This document shows positions 1 to 12,594 of a stretch of 64,000 bases of DNA, one piece after another; the stretch's first letter is position 1, and each line of letters opens with the position of its first letter. The stretch lies in the NCBI RefSeq assembly GCF_006345805.1, contig NC_042998.1:151466001-151530000 (forward strand), given 5' to 3'. The position numbers were made by a program, and so were the translations under genes. The DNA is from Octopus sinensis. Lineage: Eukaryota. Under the pieces are notes generated by a model. It had not been told where the DNA came from. It worked only from the letters and a program-made list of their open reading frames with translations, and searched no databases.

Positions 1-46
1 ACTGTATTCTTTATTTGGTCGCTCACTCACAGACAGACAGACAGCT

Positions 47-74
47 AATAATAATAATAATGATGATGATGATG

Positions 75-123
<49 letters not shown>

Positions 124-145
124 TAATAATAATAATAATAATGAT
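47..145 (-). repeat. (ATT/ATC)n trinucleotide run, probably the 3' tail of the adjacent minus-strand SINE
   Basis: Pure AAT/GAT run directly abutting the SINE 3' end. Confidence 0.85.
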
Positions 146-350
146 GATTTCAGATTTTGGCACCAGGTCAGCAATTTCGATGAAAATTGTAAGTCGATTG
201 GATCAACCCCAGTGGTCAAATAGTTCATATTTTATCGACCCCGACGGAGGAAAGGCAAAGTCGACATCGGCGGCATTTCAACTCAGAACGTAAAAACGGA
301 CGAAATGAATTTTGCCTGGCGTGCTAACGATTCTGCCAGTTCGCCGCCCT
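146..350 (-). mobile_element. tRNA-derived SINE, family A (octopus OR-like)
   Basis: Minus strand reads GGCGGCGAACTGGCAGAATCGTTAGC (A-box-like), GAGTTGAAAT (B-box-like), then GTCGACTTTGCCTTTC..GGGTCGATAAA. Homologous to the copies at 10353, 36321 and 57346. Confidence 0.85.
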
Positions 351-392
351 TTCTTTTGAATTGCGATTCTTTTCCATATCTCAACTAGATCG

Positions 393-519
393 CATAATGC
401 AGGAAAACAGTTGCATAATCAAGTACCTGCCCACCAGGAGAACTACGTTGCGTGGAAACAATTGTAATGATTAAAGAATAAATTTCCAACAGCACCCCTT
501 CTTCTTGACTCCAATTTTT
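393..519. repeat. Dispersed repeat, copy 1 (homologous to 4142-4266)
   Basis: CATAATGCAG.AAACAGTTGCATAATCAA...GGAAACAATTGTA..GATTAAAGA...TTGACTCCAATTTTT is shared by both copies in the same orientation. Confidence 0.75.
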
Positions 520-552
520 GCAATTATATATTTTTTCAAAAATATATATATG

Positions 553-584
<32 letters not shown>

Positions 585-606
585 GAGAGAGAGAGAGAGA
601 GAGAGA

Positions 607-671
<65 letters not shown>

Positions 672-1348
672 ATTAGGGCTTAGTAAAATAAATTACTTTG
701 CCACATACTGAACTTAGTAGAAATAGCAGCCAAAAAAAATTTTTTTAGCCATTTCTACTACTTAAAGAAAATTTCTCTCAGATAATGTTTACTCCAGACA
801 GCTCACGAATGTTTGGAGGTAATACAGAAAAATATCACAAGTACATAGATCGTTGAGTACGTCAACGTTTCAAGATTAGCCAAATAAAATCAGCATTTCT
901 TTCGTCAGCTCAAAATTTCTTAATTTGGATTTGGAAACACTAAAAAGAAGGAACTTTACCTATCAGCGAACTTGTCGCTTCAGATGAACCACTCCAACTA
1001 ACAGTGTCAACAAATTCAAAATGCGCAGGCGTAAATTTCTGCACTCCCTTTCCACCCACGTGGTCTATCTAGCAAACATTACTGATATTATAATTCATTT
1101 CTCTCGGTCATACTGCCTCGGTTCTCGCGGTTAAAATATAATATTTATGGGACCAATTGTCTTCGAAGACTCATACTGTCGTTCAATGCTTGAAATGAGG
1201 AGTAGATAGACAGCCGACAACTGATTGAAGGGTCGTTCTTTGTGATACTTATCCTGTTTTCCATTTTTTCTCTCGTTGTTTGCGTATTTAACTCATTTAT
1301 TTTCGTATTTCATGTTGTTTGCTGTTGGTGACGTCCTGTACCCATATA

Positions 1349-1400
<52 letters not shown>

Positions 1401-1459
1401 TGTGTGTTTGTGTGTGTGTGTGTGTCTGTGTGTGTGAGTGTGTGTGCGCTCGCGTGTGT

Positions 1460-1655
1460 GCATTTGTCTTCTCACCTGACAACCGGAGTTGGTTTGTTTA
1501 CGTCTCCGTAACTTAACAGTTCGGCATAAGCTTCCGATAGAACAAGTACCAGGCTTAAAAAATAAGTACTAAGGTATTTGTTCGACTAAGCATTCCAAGG
1601 CGGTGCCCCAGTATGGCTGCAGTCCAATGACTGAGATAAGAATAAAATTAAAAAA
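1460..1655 (+). mobile_element. SINE family B (octopus OK-like), 3' half
   Basis: TGACAACCGG..TTGGT.TGTTTACGTC.CCGTAACTTA.C.GTTCGGCA...AAGGCGGTGCCCCAGTATGGCTGCAGTC.AATGACTGA matches the 3' half of the full copy at 28351-28775. Confidence 0.8.
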
Positions 1656-1986
1656 TGACACAAGCTTTCTTTTACAAAATGTTTTTCCGGCATTAAAAAT
1701 ATAAAAAAATGACAGTTTCTAAAAGGCAAAATATATATAATGAACGTGAAGAATAATTTCACAAAGCGAAACCATTCTACGAAATATTAGTGCTAGGTGC
1801 GAATGAGGCAGCTGATGACGACATTAGATTGTTTCAGGTGAATATGAGTGGGAGATGGTGTGTAAGACTTTTCTCTAAAGTGTGTAGAGTCACTGTCTGA
1901 GGGAGAGTCATATACACCAACACAAGTAACATTCTGGCTTATCTGTACATCTAACATCTGAGTACACAGACATTTACTCCCATTTA

Positions 1987-2681
1987 CTCCTTTTTAGTAG
2001 AAGAAATAGCTATAACCCTTTGACTGCTATTTCTAAATTCGGTATGTGGTAAGGCACTCGTTGCTAAACCCTTATTGCTTAGTATTACTTAAATTTTCCT
2101 CGAATGAGGCTTTACATGCCGAAGACTACTTGGTGTAATTGATATTTTTTCCAAATTATTAATTTCACCCTCATATTACGGATAACCATATTTTATCTCA
2201 GTATATGACCACAGCATCTTGTTTTGGCTACACGCGGGTGGGAAGGGGCTGTTGACACCAATCGTTTCATTCACAAATTGAATTCGTGATACCAGTTGCG
2301 GGTTCAGCTCGCTCTGATACTGAGTGGAGTTGGTGCCTTCGGTATCTCAAAATTCAATATATAATCATTTATGATTATAGTATTCTACGCTGAAGAGAAA
2401 AGAAGTTTCGGTAAGATAGAATTATTTATTATTTAATATTTAATATTTAATTCGTATGCTTTCCTTAAAACTTGATTTCGAAACGTACGTCCGTGGATAA
2501 CTAAAAAAATGTATGATAGATTGCAGTCAATTCATTCTCTCTTACCTGTTTTGTGCCTTCCAAATGCTGTTTTTACTGAGATCTCCCTTTTAGTAAAGAA
2601 ATAGCTATAACCCTTTGACTGCTATTTCTAAATTCGGTATGTGGTAAGGCAACTCGTTGCTAAACCCTTATTGCTTAGTAT
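1987..2681 (+). mobile_element. PLE-type terminal-repeat (pLTR) fragment with a ~95-bp direct repeat (1987-2085 and 2583-2681)
   Basis: Near-identical direct repeat flanks an HHR. The same family recurs at 21365-21660. Confidence 0.65.
2385..2496 (+). ncRNA. Type I hammerhead ribozyme motif with extended stem II
   Basis: Stem I CTACG/CGTGG; core CTGAAGA 2390-2396; GAAAC 2480-2484; palindromic stem III AC-GTAC-GT; GTC cleavage triplet. Confidence 0.7.
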
Positions 2682-3037
2682 ATATATATATATATATATA
2701 TAATTGATTACATGTAGGATTAATTTGAATCAAGTTATTTTAATAAGGACGCCAATTCAGGGTTGAGATTAGGATACATCCGTGTATATATCATACTCGG
2801 ACATTCTAGCTTATATCCATGCATATACGGATATGTCTTAACACTTACATATATACATGCACATAAATAAATCAATATACACATCCATATAAATATTCAT
2901 GTGTATAAAATTATAATACATATGCACGCCGACAAGCCATTTCACGATCCAGTGTGAGTTTCACTTATTTGTTGCCAATGTGAGACACATTCCTAACAAA
3001 ATTTAAACATTTTAAACTTTAAATCTTGAACTTTTAA

Positions 3038-3122
3038 TTCACCTGAAGAAAACGGGTATCTTCATGATGTACTGATTTTATTCATCAATAGAAAAAAATG
3101 GATCTGAAACAGCCGTAGTGAA
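3038..3122 (+). ncRNA. Type I hammerhead ribozyme motif (stem II degenerate)
   Basis: Stem I TTCAC/GTGAA is perfect; core CTGAAGA; GAAAC-AGCC-GTA. The base of stem II pairs poorly. Confidence 0.55.
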
Positions 3123-3143
3123 CCTTAACCCAATTGTGTTCCT

Positions 3144-3208
<65 letters not shown>

Positions 3209-3284
3209 CCACATATTCGTATTGACAGTCATATATACGCACATATTAATTCTCTCTCTCTCTCTCTCACTCTCACACACACAT

Positions 3285-3447
3285 GCGACAGGCTTCTTTC
3301 AGTTTCTGTCAACCAAATTCACTCACAAGACGTTGGTCAACCTGAGGTTACAGTAGAAGGCACTTGCCCAAGGTGCCACGTAGTGGAACTGAAGCCAGAA
3401 CTCGGTGGTTGTGAAGCAAGATTTTTACCAAACAGGCACGCCGCGCT
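3285..3447 (-). mobile_element. SINE family B, 5' half
   Basis: Reverse complement gives GCGTGCCTGTTTGGTAAAAATCTTGCTTC.CAACCAC..GGCACCTTGGGCAAGTG..AAACTGAAAGAAGCCTGTCG. Confidence 0.75.
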
Positions 3448-3449
3448 TG

Positions 3450-3472
<23 letters not shown>

Positions 3473-3480
<8 letters not shown>

Positions 3481-3694
3481 ATTGGTGAATTGAAGAAATG
3501 GAGCTGAACGCAGATTGAACAGAAATCGTTTTATTTCATTCTACACGTGTTTCGAAAGGCACAAATTACCAAAATCCGATTGAATAATGGGATTTTGGTA
3601 ATTTGTGCCTTTCGAAACACGTGTAGAATGAAATAAAACGATTTCTGTTCAATCTGCGTTCAGCTCCATTTCTTCAATTCACCAATAATGTTTT
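3473..3694. repeat. Perfect fold-back inverted repeat (~105-bp arms, 12-nt loop) of a PLE pLTR-like sequence
   Basis: 3473-3577 is the reverse complement of 3590-3694. The right arm holds the 3' half of an HHR (CGAAAC-ACGT-GTA). Confidence 0.9.
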
Positions 3695-4141
3695 AATTTC
3701 AATTATCCGCACCAACGCACGGTTGCAACGCCAGATGGTTGTACCTCCAACCGTGCTGTTCACTGCTGTGATTTTTGCTACTAAGGTATCGGTTAAACTT
3801 TTGATTAATCTACTACAAGATTATTCATCTTTCTATTTCACATTATATATATATATATATATATAGCCTTGTTATTTATAATTTTCACTTTACCGTTTAA
3901 GAAATCAGCGTATGATTTCGACGAAAACTGACAAGGCGAGTTCAGTTTAACCCAAGGCGCTAGGTGAGAGTCAGTGAAGTGCATTAATATAAAAACGAAA
4001 TCACTGTGATCTGGCTATTTCTGGGAACCGAGGGAGCTTGTCTCCCTTGTCAGTCATTAAGATAAGGTGCTTCTTGTGGCCATGTGTTGTTTTAACTCTT
4101 ATTTCTAGCAATGTGAACATATCGCCTGAGAAAACACAACT

Positions 4142-4266
4142 CATAATGCAGAGAAACAGTTGCATAATCAACTACCAGCACTCCCGAAGAACTACGCTGC
4201 GAGGAAACAATTGTAGAGATTAAAGATTAATGTCCAATGCACCTCTTCTTGTTGACTCCAATTTTT
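4142..4266. repeat. Dispersed repeat, copy 2 (homologous to 393-519)
   Basis: Aligns by eye with copy 1. Confidence 0.75.
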
Positions 4267-4369
4267 TCAGTTATATATATATATGTGTATATGTGTGTGT
4301 GTACGTAATGTATTTATACATATATGTATGTATATGTCTATATATATACAGCTTATATATATATACAGC

Positions 4370-4443
<74 letters not shown>

Positions 4444-5522
4444 ATACTAGCTGACGTACATGGTAATTCACGGGAAGGGGTGGCTTATCCCTTAGTTCCG
4501 TTTTCATAATTGTTTCGCTAATCCAATAACAACAATACAATGTATGTAGTCCTTAAAACTGTTTTTGCGCATTTATTGAGAATACCGAACTCTCTTACAC
4601 AGGATCTTATTTTTAGGAATTCCCAATAAGTTATGAATACCAAAATTGTGAAGTCAGTTATGTAATAACGTGAAATTAATTACCCGATAGTAAGAATTCA
4701 TATAAATCAGCCCCCAATAGGGCTTTAATACGTTCCCAGAGTATATAGAACTTAGGAGAAAATACTAATATGTATACTAAAATCGTGGGGCATGTTACGT
4801 AAGAATAGACTATTCACGTATGAGATAATAACAATTCAAAGTATATAACTCTGAAAAATGCTTTTGTGAGTTTGCAGAGAATATTGCCCTCAGCGGCGCT
4901 GGTGTTGGTATATTCGTGAATAAGTCACGAACCGAAATAAGTGGATCTATTCTTTAGGAAAATACTATTTACTTGTTTAAGCGTTGTACTGGATAAATTG
5001 CGAAAATAACTCAAATAGTACAAATACTAAGAAATAAGCATACTCATTTTGATTTATACGAAATAATTTACGGACATGAATGGGTTATTTCTCTTCACTA
5101 TATATAAGGATCCCTTTCAGGAGCGAATGAGTTATTTCCCTTGGATGTTTAAAAATAGTATATTAGTTATATGTAGTAGATATAAGAATCCCTTCCAGGG
5201 GTCCTTCTATTGATTTTTTCAACAATATAAATATGTCACTAGTTTTCCAGACACTAGTTTTCCAGACATCAAGGGTTTAATTTTAATAAAATCCTTGATT
5301 CAATAGCACTGTGTAGAAACTCTATACTTGGAATGACCAATTTTATATACTACTGGATTTTACTCACAAAGTATTGGAATCTTATATGTATACCATTTTG
5401 CCTAAATAATGGATCTACAAATGCAATATCCCTACATATCTCACATCTATTTTCATTCCTCCACTTCACTCTCTATTTGTATCTTATCTAAATTAATTAT
5501 TGCTAAACCATTTTTGCACAGC

Positions 5523-5570
5523 GTCTCCGATGAAGAGATTTAATAAATATCCTGGAAACAGCTGTAAGAC
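5523..5570 (+). ncRNA. Type I HHR motif, U4C core
   Basis: GTCT-CCGATGA-..GAT..ATC..-GAAAC-AGCT-GTA-AGAC. Same family as 36963 and 39084. Confidence 0.55.
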
Positions 5571-5805
5571 CTTCTATTTATAAATGTTTTAAAATCTTTT
5601 TATCTCATACTGAAAACATTTTTTATATATACACACGCTGATATATGACCTACGTTGGACTCCTTATTCGCATAATCACCGAACCTAGTGCTTAACTATG
5701 GTCTATCCATAGCACTTACTCAGCATTACCAGACACCTTTGGGCCTTACTGACAACATTACCTCTGATAACCTCCATATAAATATAAATATATATATATG
5801 TATAT

Positions 5806-5857
<52 letters not shown>

Positions 5858-5889
5858 ATATATAATATACAATATGTTACATTACTCGG

Positions 5890-7365
5890 TAGTCAAGATA
5901 AAACTCTGAGTTTCAGATGCCGAAGTGGAAATCCACAACACCATCTCTTCATTTATCTGGCTATTTGAAAACGTTATGAAAAAATACCGTTAAATAAAGG
6001 GAAATTACTCTGTTATAACTCTGCTTGCCTGCCTACTTATACATCGCTCGCATTTTTCGTCATAAAAATTATATAAAAATACATAAAAAATATATAAAAA
6101 TATATAAAAATATATAAATTCTTCTTGGGACATAACACAGAAAGCATGTTCTATCTGTTTTCTTTAGGGGACCAAAAACGTAACAGAAATTTAGTCACAT
6201 GTGGGTATGATCCGAAAAGCTCTGTCCTTGTATTTAGACATGTAGTAGGGTCTAAGCTGCTTTTCCAGATAAGCCATCTCTCCATGTCGCATAGACCGCA
6301 CCTTCCGCTGCCGTTAGTATAGGGCTTACATCTGGCCAAAATCTTCCATTGTATGTTATAATCGACACCTTTATCTCTTAAAGACCAAATATGATTAGAT
6401 AATTGTGTCGCTTTTCTTTTGTTCCAGTGCCTAAAGCTCAAAGTGTGGTTATTGAACCTGGCATTGAAATTACCCTCTGTAAGGCCCACGTATTTCTTCG
6501 TCGAAACGGTGTCTTTAGTAGTTATAGAGTTTACGGTAGCTTCATATATGATGGTCTTGGACATGCAAGCTCCATTTAGCGGGCACAATTCTTTATTCCT
6601 GCATGAACAGCTGTTTTCTTCTTGTGTTTTTTGTATGTTATGTTTGATTATGTTTTTAAAATTGGTAGTTGAACTAAAACTAATTTTTAAATTGTGTCTA
6701 TTGAAGAGTTTCCTATAAGTATGGTTAACTGGAAAATGTCTATCTATCAGTGCTAGGAAATATTTACCTATATTGAAGGCCACCTCGGGTGAGTAAGGGG
6801 GCGTAAACCAGATGACCTAACTATTTCTATTATTCCTTTTCCTTACTGTTGGGCTAGTGATAGGTGTATATTTTATTTTTTCGCTAAAACCACTATCTTT
6901 TAAAGCCTTATTATAAACTGGGGCAACGCTATTGAAGATGTCCTCATTAGATGAGAGGCTAGAAATCCTCTTACTAATATTTTAAACTAAATTTTTGAAT
7001 ACTATAGGGGGATGGCATGAACCTACATTAATATAACTTAGTCTATCATTGGGCTTCCTATAAGGCTTATAAATATTCTTATTAAGATCTAAGGAAACGT
7101 CTAAGAAATTGACAACCGTCAGGTTAGTATCTATAGTTATACTAAGTCCAAAGTGTTTCATTAACTGGATAATATCCTTCCTAAAACGATCTTGTGCTGG
7201 TCCATTTGTATTAGCTGTTAAGGCGAGGGCATCATCTTTGTAGATGGCGAAATGTACATTAGGGAATGTCTTACCTAAGGTATCTAGGAGAAAAAGTCCA
7301 ATTAGATCACAGATGCCTGCCCCATCATATGAACCCTTGCTCACATTTGTTATCTTACCGTTTTA
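5890..7365 (-). mobile_element. Penelope-like element, 5'-truncated: RT C-terminal half (6982-7344) plus GIY-YIG endonuclease (6151-6783). Nematis-like (tentative)
   Basis: [13 protein letters not shown] and YKDDAL (RT); FLDVSLDL..YKPYRKPN (thumb); CSCRNKELCPLNGAC linker; YVGLTEGNFNARFNNH..T.LSNHIW (GIY-YIG). Interrupted by stops/frameshifts. Confidence 0.9.
5896..5958 (-). ncRNA. Degenerate HHR motif in the 3' region of the minus-strand PLE
   Basis: AGATAA-ATGAAGA-GATG...CATC-T-GAAAC-TCAGA-GTT-TTATCT; C3 is mutated to A. Confidence 0.45.
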
Positions 7366-7366
7366 T

Positions 7367-7444
<78 letters not shown>

Positions 7445-7486
7445 CATACATGTATGTATTTATATATGTATGGATGTATATGTAGA

Positions 7487-7870
7487 CAGGATGCGTCAGT
7501 TTTTTTTAGAACAAAACTTTTAAGAACCATAAATTGTCCAAATATTAACTAAAGGTCCTCTCTTTTTTTAGCCCCGACATGGAAGCTTCGAACCTAAGGC
7601 AGACATTGAAAAGGCATGCCACCCTCATTGCCTTGGCCACCAACCAAACTGCCGCTGAAATTACTACTTTGTTAAATGTCGTAAGGTCTTTCGTATTCAA
7701 CATCAGAAAAGATCTGTAGTTGTGAATGTGTTTCTGGAGACCAAAAGAGAAAAAAAATCACATTCTCAACGGCCAGGCATTGTCAGAAAAGCTGAATTTG
7801 TCCAGTAAGTTGAGAGCATCATCAGCAAGAAGCCAGACAAATCAATGCGGGCTATTATTAATAATTTCCA
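7487..7870 (+). mobile_element. Tc1/mariner-superfamily relic, 5' fragment
   Basis: Starts CAGGATGCGTCA after TA-rich sequence. Decayed frame resembles a transposase N-terminal HTH region (KKSHSQRPGIVRKAEFVQ*VESIISKKPDKSMRAI). Confidence 0.45.
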
Positions 7871-7959
7871 TGTGTGGTAGTTAGCGATTCGATGTGTGGT
7901 GCATCAAGATACCAGGTAGAAATCCTATGCTATAATTGGATGTTATCACATTCCATATG

Positions 7960-8140
7960 TAATAAGACTCGTATGGCGCATAGTTTGCTTTCCAACTACA
8001 TAGCTGCGGGTTTCGGCCCGCTGCGTTGCAGCTTGGGCAAGTATATTCTACTTTAGGTCCGGGCCGATCAAAGCCTTGTGAGTAGATTGAGTAGACTGAA
8101 ACTGAAAGACTCCCGTCTTATATACATACATACATGCATA

Positions 8141-8176
<36 letters not shown>

Positions 8177-8330
8177 TGTATGTATATATATATACATAAA
8201 TATAGACACATATACATACACACATCTATATGTATGTGTGTATGTGTGTGCGCGCGCGCGCGTGTGTAGAACTCTATACGCAGACGCCCACAGGCTTGTC
8301 TGTCTCTATCTTCACATATCAACAATGTCA
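7960..8330 (+). mobile_element. SINE family B, 5' half plus internal microsatellite, truncated by a CR1-group LINE
   Basis: TTTGCTTTCCAACTACAT..CTTGGGCAAGT..AAAGCCTTGTGAGTAGATT..AAACTGAAAGA. Confidence 0.7.
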
Positions 8331-8334
8331 GGGA

Positions 8335-9420
8335 ACGAATTGTCAGGAGGAAGATGATCACGTTCCTAGCAGATTATGACTTGCTCCCTGACACCACACA
8401 AGGCTTCCGTTCAGGACGATATATCACAATTTTCGGAGACTGGAAGTAAAAAACAAAAGCCAGCTTGTGGTAGTCAATGGAGTCCTCTCCAAGGAAACAG
8501 TAATGGCAAGGAAAGTGTGTCACAGAACTGTCTTGGGGACGTTGCTATTTGGGTTTACTTTCTCGGGCATGCCATCAGTCACCCAGTCAACCACACTTAG
8601 TGACTATGCTGACGATACAAAAGTAGCACAAGCAGTCAAGGAAACTCTCGATGCTAATCCTTAACAGAAAGACCTAGATACCATATATAAATGGGCAGAA
8701 AAAGGAATGTGTAATTTAATGCTGAAAACTTACAAGTCCTTCGCTCTCAGCCAGCTTGTGCTAACACGCCGCAATAAAGCTACTTCGTACCAAAAGGAGT
8801 TGCAATCCCAGAGTCGAACATAGTGCGTGACCAAGGGAATGGTATGAGAAAGAACACCTTGTTTCATGTACACACACCAAAGTTGGTGGAAATTTGCAGG
8901 CGAATGGCCGGATGGGTTCTGAGAATCTTCAGAACAAGGGAGAAGGAAATTTTACTGGTTCTATGGAGGGCATTTATACTCAGCTATCAGTAGTGCTACT
9001 CTCAACTGTGGTCACTCTACAGTGACAAATTAATAGCGGAACCTGAGGAAGTTCAGGGGTATTACACCAGGAAAATTGAATCAATGGAAAAGTTGAGTTA
9101 CTGGGAGAGCCTGGAAGAATTATGACTCTACTCTTTGGAGATATGCGTTGATACAGATACGGAAGAACCTAAACTTTGGAATATTTAGTTATACCAGCTA
9201 CCGAATAGGATGTCACTGCACTGTCCCAATGGTCACAACCACCCATACTATAGTAAGGACCAGGTACTGCCATAGCTTGGGATTCAAAAAATTACATCTT
9301 GTCAATATCTAATATCTTGCCAAAAAACCTAGCTGTCCAAGATCCCAGATGAACCTACATCAGAGCAAGAAACTTAAACGGAGGCAGCATTATCGAACTC
9401 CCTCCTTCACAAAAAGCCAA
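8335..9420 (+). mobile_element. CR1-group LINE, decayed RT and 3' region
   Basis: Fragmentary GFRSG, DYADDTK, YWESLEEL.LYSL and PDEPT motifs, homologous to the 53229-56140 element. Confidence 0.75.
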
Positions 9421-10352
9421 CCACATGAGAACGGTCAACGAAAAGGTGATGACAGTGACACTACATGTATGGACATGTTAGAAACCTGTTTTTTAAAAAT
9501 CTAATTCTAAATTTCTGAAAAGAAATCTGTTGGCACTAACACTAATTTTGACCCCTTTTTGACCTAGGATCTTGTAAAAATCGGTCCTGTATTATCTATC
9601 AACATTCTTATAAGAGCCCCCTCACCAACGCAATAGCATTCTTTATTTTAAAAATCATGATTAATCATAAGAACACTTCAACCAACACAAATTGCAACCT
9701 GAATAACGCACATCTGGTTCATGAACCACTATACAAGTTTGTTTTTAATATCCTCCTTCACATACATGCTCGATTGCACCCAGACAATAGCAAACTTCCC
9801 TTATCAAACCTAGACTGTCCCTACTCTCAACTCACGGCTACAAGCAGATGTTTTCCTCCTTTCCGTCTCGATATTTCCTTCTTACACAACTACTTCGCAT
9901 TTCTGCCACACTTTATATGACACCTACATTTGATATACATTGCTCCATTCAGCAGCAGAACGATTTCCCAAAAAGTCTTCCGAACCAAATTAAACCATGA
10001 CGGGATGACGGCTAGCAAGAGCCGAAACTTCGAAGCTAGTGTGAACCGTTCTTGTAAAGATTGATATGACGCATTACATAAAGTATTATGACCTTTCAAT
10101 TTGATGCTCAGCTGATTTAATTAACTTTCAGGTTTCTCCAAGGTCAAGTTTGTCTGTCATCCCCCTGGTGGTAATGGTGGGGTGGTCGATAAAATAATAT
10201 CAAATACTGTCGCGATATAATCAGGTAGCAGACTTCCCTTGCCTCAAAAGTTATTGGTCTTTTACCTAAATTAGAATTATTTTATACGAGTGTGGTGTAG
10301 GAGAGCAGATAGTATCGATAGAGATTCAGAGAAAGTATTTCTTCTGGTTTAA

Positions 10353-10556
10353 GGCGGCGTGCTGGTAGAACCCCACCATTACCACATCGGGAAAAACGCT
10401 TAGCGGAATTTCGTCCGTCTATACGTTCGGAGTTGAAATTCCGGCAAGTCGACTGTGCCTTCCATCCTTTCGGGGTCGATAAAATACTGGGGGTCGACGG
10501 AATCGATTTTCCCCCCTTTTCTGAAAATGTTGGCCTTGTACCAAAATTTGAAACCT
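10353..10556 (+). mobile_element. tRNA-derived SINE, family A
   Basis: GGCGGCGTGCTGGTAGAA...GAGTTGAAATTCCG..GTCGAC.GTGCCTTCCATCCTTTCGGGGTCGATAAA...AAATTTGAAACC. Confidence 0.8.
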
Positions 10557-10950
10557 GTATTTCTTTCGGCTCTTTATTGCCGGGGGAAACTTTGCTTTTC
10601 ACCCTTTCGGACCCGCTAAGCTTAAATTAGAAAGAATTAGTTGAAACAAGGAGGAAATTGAAAAGTAAAATGTTTTTTGGTATTGAGTGTCGTCCCTTTA
10701 TGCCTTCAGCTCATATGTTGCCAAAGTTAACTTCGTCTTTCAACTTCTTCTGAGGCTGATAACATAATGCAGCATTCAAGTGATGAGTGTTGGTTGAACT
10801 TGCCACAAAAATGTATAACCTTCTGCTTAAAGCACGAAAGAAAAGAGGTGGAGTGGGAGGTCTGTGCTTATAGATTTTGGAAGTTGTCCAACTTCACTGA
10901 ATACATCGATTTTAGCCGGTGTGTGTATTGTGTGTGAGTGTGTGTGTGTG

Positions 10951-10993
<43 letters not shown>

Positions 10994-11849
10994 GTGTGTG
11001 TGTGTGTGCATAGAGAGGTGGTTAAATGGTTAACTCGATGTTGTTTCAGTATTTGTCACTTTTTAAGTGTAAAATTATCTCCTTGGCAAACGATTTTTTC
11101 ATTACCACGTGTGTGTGAATGTGTTTGTGTGTGTTGTGAGAGAGCGTGTGTGTTTGTCTGTATTCGGTCGTGTGTGTAGGTGCTTGTGGGTATATTTGTG
11201 TTTGTGCTAGTGTGTTTGTATGGACGTGGCGTGTGCATGTGTCTGTGAGTGGTATATGTGTTTGTGTTTGTTCGTGTGCGTGATTTTTGTGTGTATGTGT
11301 TTCTGTGTATGTGAAACACTATGTAGAAAAAAAACTATTCTATCTCAGATATATATGTACGTATATGTTTGTGTGTGTGTATGTGTGTGTGTGTTTGTGT
11401 GCATGTGTGTGTGTCTTGAATGACTGTGTATAGGGAGAGGTATGTTCTTCCCTAGATATATGTGCGCATGTGTTTATGCGTTTGTGTCTATCTGTGACTC
11501 TGTCTCTGCCTGTGAGTAGTGCAAGATATGTTGGACACTAGATACAAATGTTATTTGACAATAAAAGACGATGTTGTTGCACTTTAACAAAGAATTTCAC
11601 TTTAAAATCATTCCAAGGTGTCGGAATCATTGATGTCTGCCAGACTAAGTAGTTCCTATTGTTATTATTTTGCTAGTTTATCCTATCAGTATAAGTACCT
11701 ATGCACCTCATTACGTTCTGAGTTCAATCCTGAAGAATTCCTCCAAACTACCAGCTTTAAACAAGATAAAATCTCACAGTTATCTTTAGCAGAGGCTCAA
11801 AACCAGAACTATGTTGGCGGTAGATGACTCGCGATTATATCGAACCAAG

Positions 11850-11995
11850 TACATAACTGGTATAGTACATTATTTTATCGACCCCAAAAGTATGAAAGAC
11901 AAAGTCGATCTTGGTGGGATTTGAACAAAGAGTGTAAAAACTGTTATTAAATACCGCAATGTATTTTCTTTGACGCACTGACCACTCTACCAACC
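11850..11995 (-). mobile_element. SINE family A, old copy
   Basis: TTTATCGACCCC.AAAG.ATGAAAG.CAAAGTCGA...GGATTTGAAC seen on the + strand. Confidence 0.6.
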
Positions 11996-12049
11996 ATTGT
12001 TCTTTCTAAAGATTCATAATTTTAATGATAAAATGAAAACCAAATCGTA

Positions 12050-12205
12050 AGGCTACCATTTCTACTACCACCAGCACTATCACCACTATTACTATAACTA
12101 TCAATATCATAACCACTACCACCATAACCTCCTCTACTACTAGCACTTCTATCGCTACCACCATAACCACTACTACTACTATTACCATAAGGATAACTAT
12201 AGGCA
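12050..12205. repeat. Decayed (ACT/ACC)n trinucleotide repeat
   Basis: Low-complexity ACTACC/ATAACC units. Confidence 0.7.
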
Positions 12206-12536
12206 CTTAATTTGTCACCAATATTTCACTTCTACTTTCGTTTATCGCCTACGGAAATAAAACATAAAGGGAGTTAACGAAGTACAAACCTTTACATTTA
12301 CCAAGTTTTATTATTTTAGCATATCAATAATTCCTTATAATATTAATATAAAAACACAAATTTGCAGGAGAGAGTCCAGTCGAATCACAATACATAATTT
12401 GAAGAGAAGGGAACTGAGAGATCGACAAATGGCGATTGAAAATACAATGGTCAAATATAATAATTGCATTTAATACCAACTAATGGTGCTATCATGTATA
12501 AATTGAAAGTAAAGATATTTTGACAGCACTGTAATG

Positions 12537-12590
<54 letters not shown>

Positions 12591-12594
<4 letters not shown>

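Noticed and set aside
4447-4480. Possible Helitron 3' terminus (CTAG|T on the minus strand)
   Set aside because: The subterminal hairpin is not convincing and no matching 5' end was found.
9995-10040. HHR-like stem II plus GAAAC
   Set aside because: Core reads GGGATGA and there is no GUH site or stem I; at best a dead remnant.
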